Below are positions 1-8,349 of a DNA stretch of 64,000 nt, in pieces. The stretch's first letter is position 1; each line of letters starts with the position of its first letter. The translations under genes were made by a program, and so were the position numbers. Source of the DNA: Candidatus Margulisiibacteriota bacterium (GTDB taxonomy: Bacteria > Margulisbacteria > WOR-1 > O2-12-FULL-45-9); assembly GCA_041658745.1 (NCBI GenBank), contig JBAZZP010000003.1:3811-67810 (forward strand), in the 5' to 3' direction. The notes under the pieces were generated by a model that was given only the letters and a program-made list of their open reading frames with translations, ran no database searches and was not told the origin of the DNA.

Positions 1-16
1 TTATAGGATACCGGGT

Positions 17-529
17 TTGACACTCGCCAATCAAATTACCTTTTTAAGGTTAGCGTTTATCCCTCTCAACGTAGTCCTTTTACTCTTAGGATTAAATGGT
101 CTAGCAGCTTTCTTATTCCTATTCTTATCGTTATCTGATATGGTCGACGGTTATATTGCCCGGAAATATAACCAAGTTTCTGAACTTGGTAAATTAATTG
201 ATCCCTTGGCGGATAAGATCCTTGTTATGACGGTTTTGATAGCACTAGTCGATCAGGGCCTAGCGAGCTCGATCCCTGTTATGTTAATTGTGGCCCGCGA
301 ATTTGTAATTTCGGGTGTCAGGATCATGGCAGCTAGAGCAGGCAGCATCCTCCCGGCTATTCCATCCGCAAAATGGAAGACAACTCTTCAGATGGTAGCA
401 ATACTAATGATCATGTTTAGCCTCCCTTTTGCGAACTTAGTCCTCTGGATGTCGGTCCTGCTGGCGCTATTATCAGGTGGTGAATATTTGTGGCAGAACC
501 GACAATTAATGCAACCGAAATCAAGCTAG
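17..529 (+). CDS. pgsA: CDP-diacylglycerol--glycerol-3-phosphate 3-phosphatidyltransferase
   Basis: CDP-alcohol phosphatidyltransferase signature 'SDMVDGYIARKYNQVSELGKLIDPLADKIL'. Hydrophobic multi-TM protein. Non-ATG start close to the window edge, so the N-terminus is uncertain. Confidence 0.85.
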   Translation: MTLANQITFLRLAFIPLNVVLLLLGLNGLAAFLFLFLSLSDMVDGYIARKYNQVSELGKLIDPLADKILVMTVLIALVDQGLASSIPVMLIVAREFVISGVRIMAARAGSILPAIPSAKWKTTLQMVAILMIMFSLPFANLVLWMSVLLALLSGGEYLWQNRQLMQPKSS

Positions 530-1047
530 AGGACTTTTTTACAAAGATTCTCTCGTCGATCGGTAATATTACCGATCAGCAAATTGCTGAGCTGCTCAAA
601 AAAGGCAACCAAACCATTGCAGTTGCCGAATCACTAACTGGCGGTTTAATCTCCGCGCGCCTTAGCTCTATCTCCGGCAGTTCCGCCTATTTTATCGGCG
701 GCATTGTTTGCTATCAGACCCGGATAAAAGTAACGGAAGTGGGTGTTCCCGCTGCCGTTATTAGCCAAAATGGAGTGGTAAGCAAAGAAACCGCCATTGC
801 CATGGCCGACGGTATTCGTAAAAAATTTCGAGCCGAAATCGGGATTGGGGCAACCGGGGCCGCCGGACCAATTGCCCAGCCACCAGCTCCAGTCGGCAGA
901 ATATATATTGCGCTCTCAGCCGAGAACGGGACTGAATGGAAAGAATTTAATTTGCAGGGAACGCGGGAAGAAATAAGGGAAAAAGCTTCCCAGGCAGCTC
1001 TTGGGATGCTTTGGTTGCACCTGGGAGGAAACGAAATTTTAGGGTAA
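490..1047 (+). CDS. cinA: CinA C-terminal domain / nicotinamide-nucleotide amidohydrolase (PncC-like)
   Basis: 'IAVAESLTGGLISARLSSISGSS' CinA/PncC signature. Sits between pgsA and recA as in Bacillus. The start (alternative codon, 40-nt overlap with pgsA) is uncertain. Confidence 0.85.
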   Translation: MAEPTINATEIKLEDFFTKILSSIGNITDQQIAELLKKGNQTIAVAESLTGGLISARLSSISGSSAYFIGGIVCYQTRIKVTEVGVPAAVISQNGVVSKETAIAMADGIRKKFRAEIGIGATGAAGPIAQPPAPVGRIYIALSAENGTEWKEFNLQGTREEIREKASQAALGMLWLHLGGNEILG

Positions 1048-1061
1048 ACATTTTTTTGTAT

Positions 1062-1089
1062 CTTGTTTCTTGTAACTTGTATCTTTATA
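1062..1089 (+). repeat. Heptamer array (CTTGTNN) x ~4, intergenic cinA-recA
   Basis: cttgttt|cttgtaa|cttgtat|ctttata, read directly from the sequence. Confidence 0.8.
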
Positions 1090-1107
1090 TTAAAGGAGGA
1101 AAATAAA

Positions 1108-2124
1108 ATGAGTGAAAGTAAAGTGACTGAAAAGCAAATAAACGAGACGAATAAAAGTAAAGCCTTGAATTTGGCCATTTCCCAGATCGAAAAGAATTTT
1201 GGTAAAGGTTCCATAATGAAAATGGGAGAACATTCAAAATTAAATGTTGAAGTAATCCCCACCGGTTCCCTGTCCCTGGACATGGCCCTTGGAGTTGGTG
1301 GATTTCCCAGAGGAAGAGTAATCGAAATTTACGGGCCAGAAGGCGGCGGAAAAACTACGGTTTCTCTGCATGCCATTGCCGAATGCCAAAAAAGAGGCGG
1401 CATTGCGGCCTTTATTGACGCCGAACATGCCCTCGATCCAGTCTATGCCAAAAAATTAGGGGTGGATGTTAACAATTTATTAATCTCCCAGCCAGATTAC
1501 GGCGAACAAGCCTTGGAAATTGCCGAAACCCTAATCCGCTCAGGGGCAATTGATATTATTGTGGTTGATTCGGTTGCGGCTTTGGTCCCCAAAAAAGAAA
1601 TTGAAGGCGAAATGGGCGATTCGCAGGTTGGTCTCCAAGCCCGCTTGATGTCACAAGCTCTGAGAAAACTTACCGCCTGCATTTCCAAATCCAAAACCGT
1701 TATGATTTTCATCAATCAATTGCGGGAAAAAATTGGGGTTATGTTTGGCAATCCCGAAGTCACCCCCGGCGGCAGAGCACTAAAGTTTTACTCATCCGTC
1801 CGTCTTGAAGTACGTGCCTCTGAGAAACTAAAAGAAAACGATGTAATTATTGGAACAAGAGTCAAAGTTAAAGTGGTAAAGAATAAAGTTGCCCCACCCT
1901 TCCGCGAAGCCTATTTTGTCTTAATCCATGGCAAAGGAATTGTTTCTCAAGCCGAGATTTTGGACCAAGGCGTCCAGCTCGATGTAATCAATAAGAGCGG
2001 AGCTTGGTTTTCCTACGGGACCGAAAAAATTGGTCAAGGCTTTGAAGGGGCTATTGCTTATCTAAAAGACAATCCAAAAATCGCTAATAAAATCGAGAGT
2101 GAAATTCGCCGGAAGGTATCGTAA
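1108..2124 (+). CDS. recA: Recombinase RecA
   Basis: '[16 protein letters not shown]' Walker A and '[22 protein letters not shown]' motifs. AGGAGG SD lies 8 nt before the ATG at 1108. The ORF-track start at 1063 was rejected because it has no SD and a non-RecA N-terminus. Confidence 0.97.
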   Translation: MSESKVTEKQINETNKSKALNLAISQIEKNFGKGSIMKMGEHSKLNVEVIPTGSLSLDMALGVGGFPRGRVIEIYGPEGGGKTTVSLHAIAECQKRGGIAAFIDAEHALDPVYAKKLGVDVNNLLISQPDYGEQALEIAETLIRSGAIDIIVVDSVAALVPKKEIEGEMGDSQVGLQARLMSQALRKLTACISKSKTVMIFINQLREKIGVMFGNPEVTPGGRALKFYSSVRLEVRASEKLKENDVIIGTRVKVKVVKNKVAPPFREAYFVLIHGKGIVSQAEILDQGVQLDVINKSGAWFSYGTEKIGQGFEGAIAYLKDNPKIANKIESEIRRKVS

Positions 2125-2152
2125 TTAAACTGTTTAAAAAAGGAGAATTAGT

Positions 2153-3700
2153 ATGTTTGCAGAAATAATGTTTGGAATAGGAATAGTAACCCTCATCGCT
2201 GGTATCGCTAGTTTGGTTTTTATCGGTGGACGCCAAAAGGCCACGGACCTAAAATTAAAGATTGCCGAAGAGTCGGCCAAGCGTATCCTAGAAGACGCTA
2301 AAAAAGAGGCAGAGAGAACCAAAAAAGAAGGTTTATTAGAGGCAAAGGATATCGAGCTAAGACTCCGCTCTGAAGTTGAAAAAGAAAGCCGGGAGCGAAA
2401 AGGTGAGCTTTCGGGAGTCGAAAAAAGACTAGATGCCAGGGAAGATCGGTTAGACAACCGTGAAAAAGAAGTCCAAAAGGCCGAGGCTAGCAACAAAAAG
2501 ACTCAGGAAGAATTACAGCAAACCAAAGAAATTCTCGACAAATCCAAAGAACAATATATCAAGGATTTGGAAAGAGTAGCCGCCTTGTCCCGTGAAGATG
2601 CCAAAAAAGAATTGCTGGCTAAACTGGATGGCGAATTAACCAAAGAATTTGGCGAAAAGATCAAATTTAATGAAGAAAAAATAAAGAACGAATCCGACAA
2701 AAAGGCCCGCGAAATTTTGGCTACGACTATTCAACGCTGCGTAGTCGACCATGTGGTTGAAACTACTACCAGTATGGTAGAACTGCCATCGGATGATATG
2801 AAGGGAAGGATTATTGGTCGCGAAGGACGCAATATTCGGGTATTTGAAAGTTTAACTGGGGTTGACTTGATCGTGGATGATACCCCCGAAGCCGTCATTT
2901 TATCCAGCTTTAATCCACTGCGCCGTGAAATCGCCCGCCTCACCCTCCAAAAACTAATGGCTGACGGCCGTATTCACCCAACACGAGTAGAAGAAATGTA
3001 CAAAAAATCACAAGAAGAAGTAAAAGCGGCCATGTGGGAAGCCGGTGAACAAGCCGCCATTAAAACTGGCGTGCAAGGCTTACCTTCCGTCCTGGTTCAA
3101 CTCCTAGGAAGATTAAATTATCGCACCAGCTACGGACAAAATGTTTTGCAACATTCAGTTGAAATGGCCATGGTAGCTGGCATGTTAGCCGGTGAGCTCG
3201 GTGCCAATATTAACTTAGCCAAACGGGCCGCCCTGCTCCATGATATCGGCAAAGCGGTTGATCAAGAGACCGAAGGAACCCATACTCGGCTCGGAGTTAT
3301 GCTCGCCCAAAAAGCCGGCGAATCCCCCGAAATATTGCATGCAATCGAAGCTCATCACAATGACGTAGAACCCAAAACCATCGAAGCTATCATTGTGCAA
3401 GTTTGTGATGCTATCTCGGCTGGAAGACCGGGCGCCCGCCGTGATACCCTTGATGCCTATATTAAGCGCTTAGAAAAATTAGAGACCGTGGCAAAATCTT
3501 TTGCCGGGGTTGAAAAATGTTATGCCATCCAGGCTGGACGTGAAGTCAGAGTCATCGTTGAGCCAAACCGGATTGATGATAATGCCGCCGCTAAGATGGC
3601 TCATGATATCGCCAAAAAAATCGAATCTGAGCTCGAGTATCCCGGCGAGGTCAAAGTAACCGTCATCCGTGAAATCCGTGCTAGCGATATTGCCAAATAA
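2153..3700 (+). CDS. rny: Ribonuclease Y
   Basis: N-terminal TM segment, long Lys/Glu coiled coil, KH domain ('GRIIGREGRNIRVFE') and HD domain ('LLHDIGKA'). AAGGAG SD. Confidence 0.95.
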   Translation: MFAEIMFGIGIVTLIAGIASLVFIGGRQKATDLKLKIAEESAKRILEDAKKEAERTKKEGLLEAKDIELRLRSEVEKESRERKGELSGVEKRLDAREDRLDNREKEVQKAEASNKKTQEELQQTKEILDKSKEQYIKDLERVAALSREDAKKELLAKLDGELTKEFGEKIKFNEEKIKNESDKKAREILATTIQRCVVDHVVETTTSMVELPSDDMKGRIIGREGRNIRVFESLTGVDLIVDDTPEAVILSSFNPLRREIARLTLQKLMADGRIHPTRVEEMYKKSQEEVKAAMWEAGEQAAIKTGVQGLPSVLVQLLGRLNYRTSYGQNVLQHSVEMAMVAGMLAGELGANINLAKRAALLHDIGKAVDQETEGTHTRLGVMLAQKAGESPEILHAIEAHHNDVEPKTIEAIIVQVCDAISAGRPGARRDTLDAYIKRLEKLETVAKSFAGVEKCYAIQAGREVRVIVEPNRIDDNAAAKMAHDIAKKIESELEYPGEVKVTVIREIRASDIAK

Positions 3701-4486
3701 ATGAAAATACTTTTTATTGGAGACATCATTGGCAAGTGCGGGCGGAAGATTGCGGAAGCTTGTATTCCTGCCCTCTCGCGCGAATATTTGCCCGACTTCA
3801 TTATTGCCAATGGTGAAAACTCGGCTCATGGTTATGGCATTACCGAAAAAGTTTACAATGAATTGCTAGATGTTGGGATTGACGCCTTAACTATGGGAAA
3901 CCATATGTGGGACAAAAAAGAAATCACCAAAATTATGGATCGATTTCCCAAGATGGTTCGGCCTATAAATTATCCCGATATTGTCCCTGGCAAACCCTAT
4001 TTAATCCTTGAAAAAAAAGGGGTAAAAGTCGCCATCACCAATTTGCTGGGAAGAACTTTTATGCCCCCCATGGATTGCCCTTTCCAAGCGATTGAAAAAT
4101 TACTCCCTGTCATCCAAAAAGAGACCAAGATTATTTTAGTTGATGTCCATGCCGAAGCTACTTCTGAGAAATGCGCACTGGGCTGGTTTTTGGATGGAAA
4201 AGTTTCTGCCGTGGTAGGAACACATACCCATGTTATGACGGCCGATGAGCGCATCCTGCCGCAAGGCACCGGCTATATTACGGATCTAGGCATGGTTGGC
4301 TGCTTAGACTCAATTATTGGCATGCAAAAAGAGCAGATCATCAAACGCTTTATTACCCAAATGCACGACAAATTCGAGCCCGCCGATGGTGGCCCGGGAT
4401 TATTTAATGCAGTTTTTCTAGAGATTGATCCCGTTACTGGAAAAACATTAACGATCAAGAGGATTATTAAGCAAACTGAAGCTTAA
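3701..4486 (+). CDS. ymdB: YmdB-family metallophosphoesterase (2',3'-cyclic-nucleotide phosphodiesterase)
   Basis: 'ILFIGDIIGKCGR', 'ANGENSAHGYGIT' and 'GTHTHV' calcineurin-like motifs. ATG directly abuts the rny stop. The rny-ymdB pairing is conserved in Bacillota. Confidence 0.9.
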   Translation: MKILFIGDIIGKCGRKIAEACIPALSREYLPDFIIANGENSAHGYGITEKVYNELLDVGIDALTMGNHMWDKKEITKIMDRFPKMVRPINYPDIVPGKPYLILEKKGVKVAITNLLGRTFMPPMDCPFQAIEKLLPVIQKETKIILVDVHAEATSEKCALGWFLDGKVSAVVGTHTHVMTADERILPQGTGYITDLGMVGCLDSIIGMQKEQIIKRFITQMHDKFEPADGGPGLFNAVFLEIDPVTGKTLTIKRIIKQTEA

Positions 4487-5394
4487 AATTGATTAAGGAA
4501 TTCTAGAATTATTTTCGCTGTTTCCTCTGGTTGCGTAATCATCGGGATATGTGATCCATTATCAATGTAAGTAACATTTTGATGCTCAATTCCACTCAAA
4601 ATCAAAGATTTATCTTTTCTTCCAAATACGGCTCGCCAAGGTATGGTTAAATCATCTGGCCCCATTTCAATTGCTTCATTTGAGCCTTTAGCAAAAAGCG
4701 GAGTCATATACGGAAAAACATTTTCGACAAAATCATCTTTTTCAATTTGATCAGAAAAGAAGCTCCTTCTAGCTGTGGCTTCACCAAGGCTTATCTCTCC
4801 ACTAAAAGACCCACAAAACCTAGACCACATAAGGCCGGCATCAATTCTTACGCGGGATAAGCCCACTAGATTAGGATCACAAATAAACATTGCCCCAACT
4901 ATTTCGCATCTATTTAGATCGTTCTGCTTGATTAATGCCCTGGCAACGCTCCCCCCTCGCCCATGGCCGATCAAAACTACTTTACCCGGAAACAATGCTC
5001 CTTGAACATTGCTAACATATTGATCTAGTGAGGACTTGCCTTGCAGCTCAGATTCTTGGGACAGAAATTGACACCTATAATTAGGCAGTATTACCGTATA
5101 ACCAGCTGCTTGAAGTTGTAATGCCACTAAGCGATAAGCAAAACTCCCCAACATATCATCTGGGAGCATGACAACTAATGGTTTTCGGCTTTCAGAAACA
5201 CCGATAAGATGTTCATACTGCCTGCCTGTAACTTCTTCTTTAGTGCTAAATAATCGACCGTGAGCTGCTTTTCCTATTTGTTCGTGAAATTGCGCTGGCA
5301 AACCAGAGCACAAGACTGTTTTTCGAGATTCTCCTAAAAGTTGCCCCTTTGCTACTATTCCTCTTAATTGATACAGTTTAGATGATACTCGCAT
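4483..5394 (-). CDS. Alpha/beta-hydrolase-fold protein with a degenerate nucleophile elbow (GHGRGG)
   Basis: Fold-typical order: 'VVMLPD' strand, 'VVLIGHGRGGSVA' elbow, C-terminal 'DNGSHIPMITQPEE' His motif. The expected Ser is Gly; I re-read the codons on the minus strand to confirm. Confidence 0.6.
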   Translation of the reverse strand: MRVSSKLYQLRGIVAKGQLLGESRKTVLCSGLPAQFHEQIGKAAHGRLFSTKEEVTGRQYEHLIGVSESRKPLVVMLPDDMLGSFAYRLVALQLQAAGYTVILPNYRCQFLSQESELQGKSSLDQYVSNVQGALFPGKVVLIGHGRGGSVARALIKQNDLNRCEIVGAMFICDPNLVGLSRVRIDAGLMWSRFCGSFSGEISLGEATARRSFFSDQIEKDDFVENVFPYMTPLFAKGSNEAIEMGPDDLTIPWRAVFGRKDKSLILSGIEHQNVTYIDNGSHIPMITQPEETAKIILEFLNQF

Positions 5395-5447
5395 ATACGG
5401 GTTATCAGAAGATTAAGTAAATAATTTCAGTTATAGAGAGGTATATT

Positions 5448-8279
5448 TCATAAAAGATCAGCTAAACGGGAAGCAATAATCTTTTGCATTTCGGCTAATT
5501 CGAGCAAGCGGGCTCTTTGCTTTTCAACGGCATCGGGGGTTGCCTTGGCAACAAAATCGTTATTGGCCAACAACTTCTGCAATCTGGCCATTTCAGCACT
5601 AATTTTTTCTTTCTCTTTTGCCAAACGTTCTCTTTCTTTATTTATATCGATCAATCCCTTAAGCGGCACAAAGAATTGAACTTCCGATACCAGTCCACTG
5701 GCAGACTGTTCGGGTTTTGTTAATATTTTTTCAATCACCTCAATTTTAGAGGCTTTTGCCAGCATTTTAATAAGTGGCTGATTTTGACTGATAATTTCCC
5801 GCTCTTCTTTATTCGGCGCTTCAAATACGATTTCAATTTCGCTAGTCTGCACGCCCATTTCAGCTTTAATGTTTCTTAGTTTAGTCACAATCTCCATCAA
5901 TAGCCCTAACGCTTTTTCTGCAGCAGCATCAATCTTGTCTTCTTCCACCTTCGGCCACTCCGCCAGCATTATGCTTTGAGTATTGGAATTTATAGTTTGT
6001 TTGTCACTTGTATCTTGTATCTTGGAAATTATTGTCTGGTAGATTTCCTCCGTAATAAACGGCATAAAAGGATGCAGCAGCTTTAACGTTCCATCTAATA
6101 CGTAAAACAAAATATGGGATACTTTCTCTTTCTTTTTTGCGTCTTCTGAATAAAGATCAATTTTGGATATTTCAACGTACCAATCACAAAACTCTCCCCA
6201 CAAGAAGTCATACAGAGTCCGCGCCGCATCGCCAAAACTATAACTTTCCAACAGCTCGGTTACTTTCTTGATCGTCTGCTGATAGCGAGAAATAATCCAC
6301 TTATCTGCTAATCCCAAATCTTTTGGAATTTTAGAATTGAATTTTGTATTTTCCTTGTTACTTGTTTCTTGTGTCTTGTTACTTGCTTCCTGCCCGCCAG
6401 CCATCGCTGCGAACCGGCTAACATTCCAAATCTTGTTACAAAAATTGCGCGCTTCGGTAATTTTCTCTTGGGTCAACTTAATGTCCTGCCCCTGGCCAGT
6501 GATTAATGAAATCAGAGCGAAACGCAGAGCATCCGCTCCCACTTTATCGATAATCTCAATCGGGTCAATCACATTGCCAAAGGACTTACTCATCTTTTTG
6601 CCCGAGGCATCGCGCACCAAACCATGGATAAAAACGGTATGAAACGGGGCTTCTTTCATAAAATGCATCCCAGTCATGATCATGCGTGATACCCAGAAGG
6701 TAATAATGTCGTAACCGGTGACCAAAACACTTGTGGGATAAAAAGTTTTTAAATCTTTGGTTTCGTCAGGCCAGCCCAAGGTTGAAAAGGGCCACAGCGC
6801 CGACGAAAACCAGGTATCAAACACGTCAGGATCTTGCTCCAAATGCATTCCCCCGCATTTTGGACACTTTTCTGGTTTTTTTTCAGAAACGATAATTTCA
6901 TTACATTCATTTGTCATTTGACATTTGTCATTTGACATTCCACAACAGTACCACGCCGGTATCCGATGCCCCCACCAAAGCTGCCTAGAAATACACCAGT
7001 CTTTTAAATTCACCATCCAATCGATATAAACCTTGGTCCAGCGATCGGGAGCAAAATTTATTTTGCCTTCTTCCACAACGCGAATGGCTTCTCTTGCCAT
7101 ATCTTTTACTTTTACATACCATTGATCAGAAAGATAAGGCTCAATAATTGATTTGCAGCGATAGCATTCGCCCACCGAGTTTTCATAATCTTCGATGTTT
7201 TCAATAAAGCCGCCCTGCTCCAATTTTTCAACCAATTTTTCACGCGCTTTAAACCGATCAAGCCCAGCGATTTCTTCAACGCCCGTTCTCTCCGTTCCCG
7301 TCAGTTCATTCAGTGTAATCTTCGCTTCTGTGCTAAGAATATTGATCCGTGGCAATCCGTGTCTTTCGCCCATCTCAAAATCGTTGGGATCGTGAGCCGG
7401 AGTAACTTTTACCGCACCGGTTCCAAAAGCAGCATCCACATATTCATCTTTGATAATCGGGATCAAACGATTAACCAGCGGCAGCACCAGCATCTGTCCG
7501 ATCAAATGTTTATAACGGGAATCTTCGGGATTGACTGCTACCGCCGTATCTCCCAGCATCGTCTCCGGCCTAGTGGTAGCTACAATAATAAAGTTTGAAT
7601 TTTGTATATTGTGATTTGTAATTTCCTTGTTACTTGTATCTTGTCTCTTGTTACTTGCAAGATAATATTTGATATGCCAGAGCTTGCCTTTCTTCGTCTC
7701 ATGTTCTACTTCGATATCAGAAATGGCTGTCCCGCACTTAGGGCACCAGTTCACCAAGCGTTTACCGCGATAGATTAACCCTTCCTTATATAGTGTAACG
7801 AATTCATGGGTGACAGCCTTAGAAAGCCCAGCATCCATGGTAAAGCGCTCTCTGCTCCAATCTAGCGAGCTACCAAGCCGTCTTAATTGGCGGGTGATAT
7901 TGCCGCCGTATTCTTCTTTCCACTTCCATACTCTTTTTAAAAATTCTTCCCTCCCTAATTGCTCTTTAGTAAGCCCCTCTGCCCGCAAAGCTTTTACCAC
8001 CACGTTTTGAGTAGCAATTCCGGCATGGTCTGTTCCAGGAAGCCACAGAGTATTAAAGCCCTGCATTTTCTTGTAGCGAATCAAAACGTCTTGGATCGAA
8101 TTGTCCAATGCATGCCCCATGTGCAGATTACCGGTAACATTAGGGGGAGGGATAACGATGGTAAAGGGCGGCTTAGAAGAATCTGGGTCAGGCGCAAACA
8201 AATGCTTTTCTTCCCAGTTTTTATACCATTTTTTCTCGACTTCAGTTGGATTATAGATTTTAGCAATTTCTTCAGCCAT
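5448..8279 (-). CDS. valS: Valine--tRNA ligase
   Basis: 'PPNVTGNLHMGH' (HIGH) and 'KMSKSFGN' (KMSKS) motifs, a CPKCG zinc knuckle and a C-terminal coiled coil. Carries four in-frame heptamer-repeat insertions (see repeats). Confidence 0.97.
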   Translation of the reverse strand: MAEEIAKIYNPTEVEKKWYKNWEEKHLFAPDPDSSKPPFTIVIPPPNVTGNLHMGHALDNSIQDVLIRYKKMQGFNTLWLPGTDHAGIATQNVVVKALRAEGLTKEQLGREEFLKRVWKWKEEYGGNITRQLRRLGSSLDWSRERFTMDAGLSKAVTHEFVTLYKEGLIYRGKRLVNWCPKCGTAISDIEVEHETKKGKLWHIKYYLASNKRQDTSNKEITNHNIQNSNFIIVATTRPETMLGDTAVAVNPEDSRYKHLIGQMLVLPLVNRLIPIIKDEYVDAAFGTGAVKVTPAHDPNDFEMGERHGLPRINILSTEAKITLNELTGTERTGVEEIAGLDRFKAREKLVEKLEQGGFIENIEDYENSVGECYRCKSIIEPYLSDQWYVKVKDMAREAIRVVEEGKINFAPDRWTKVYIDWMVNLKDWCISRQLWWGHRIPAWYCCGMSNDKCQMTNECNEIIVSEKKPEKCPKCGGMHLEQDPDVFDTWFSSALWPFSTLGWPDETKDLKTFYPTSVLVTGYDIITFWVSRMIMTGMHFMKEAPFHTVFIHGLVRDASGKKMSKSFGNVIDPIEIIDKVGADALRFALISLITGQGQDIKLTQEKITEARNFCNKIWNVSRFAAMAGGQEASNKTQETSNKENTKFNSKIPKDLGLADKWIISRYQQTIKKVTELLESYSFGDAARTLYDFLWGEFCDWYVEISKIDLYSEDAKKKEKVSHILFYVLDGTLKLLHPFMPFITEEIYQTIISKIQDTSDKQTINSNTQSIMLAEWPKVEEDKIDAAAEKALGLLMEIVTKLRNIKAEMGVQTSEIEIVFEAPNKEEREIISQNQPLIKMLAKASKIEVIEKILTKPEQSASGLVSEVQFFVPLKGLIDINKERERLAKEKEKISAEMARLQKLLANNDFVAKATPDAVEKQRARLLELAEMQKIIASRLADLL
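5984..6027 (+). repeat. CTTGTNN-family element inside valS (copy 1)
   Basis: tggaatttatagtttgtttgtca + cttgtat|cttgtat|cttggaa. Encodes 'QDTSDKQTINSNTQS' in the valS frame. Confidence 0.8.
6325..6388 (+). repeat. CTTGTNN-family element inside valS (copy 2, 5 units)
   Basis: ggaattttagaattgaattttgtattttc + cttgtta|cttgttt|cttgtgt|cttgtta|cttgctt. Encodes 'SNKTQETSNKENTKFNSKIP'. Confidence 0.85.
6908..6939 (+). repeat. Heptamer array (CATTTGN) x ~4.5 inside valS
   Basis: catttgt|catttga|catttgt|catttga|catt (equivalently 14 nt x 2.3). Encodes 'MSNDKCQMTNEC' between the WYCCG and CPKCG knuckles. Confidence 0.85.
7594..7660 (+). repeat. CTTGTNN-family element inside valS (copy 3, 5 units)
   Basis: tttgaattttgtatattgtgatttgtaatttc + cttgtta|cttgtat|cttgtct|cttgtta|cttgcaa. 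Encodes 'SNKRQDTSNKEITNHNIQNSNF'. Confidence 0.85.
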
Positions 8280-8285
8280 AGCTTA

Positions 8286-8294
8286 ATTTTAGCA
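8286..8294 (-). promoter_or_regulatory. Extended -10 box TGCTAAAAT, 6 nt upstream of the valS ATG (leaderless-type)
   Basis: The minus strand reads TGCTAAAAT-TAAGCT-ATG. No SD is possible. The encoded N-terminus, 'MAEEIAKIYNP..KWY', is canonical for ValRS. Confidence 0.5.
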
Positions 8295-8349
8295 CGAAAT
8301 AACCTGCTCCTTAAGTGAAACTTTTGCCAAAAAGGGCGGATATAGACTT

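Noticed and set aside
1048-1107. LexA/SOS (Cheo-type CGAAC-N4-GTTCG) operator upstream of recA
   Set aside because: No such palindrome is present. The spacer is occupied by the heptamer array and the SD.
714-1283. 189-aa ORF on the minus strand spanning the cinA 3' half and the recA start
   Set aside because: It is antisense to two confidently identified genes, has no SD and has low-complexity composition. It is a typical shadow ORF.
2134-2496. 120-aa Ser/Leu-rich ORF antisense to the rny coiled-coil region (and the 2503-2700 ORF)
   Set aside because: It mirrors the Lys/Glu-rich coding strand and has no independent support.
5984-7660. Possibility that the heptamer arrays are CRISPR-like or minisatellite arrays
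   Set aside because: The units are 7 nt, directly tandem with no spacers, 3-5 copies long and embedded in frame in housekeeping genes. There are no cas genes. They are not CRISPR.
8280-8349. T-box leader upstream of valS
   Set aside because: The intergenic region is only 70 nt and is shared with a divergent gene. A -10 box sits 6 nt from the ATG, leaving no room for a T-box riboswitch.
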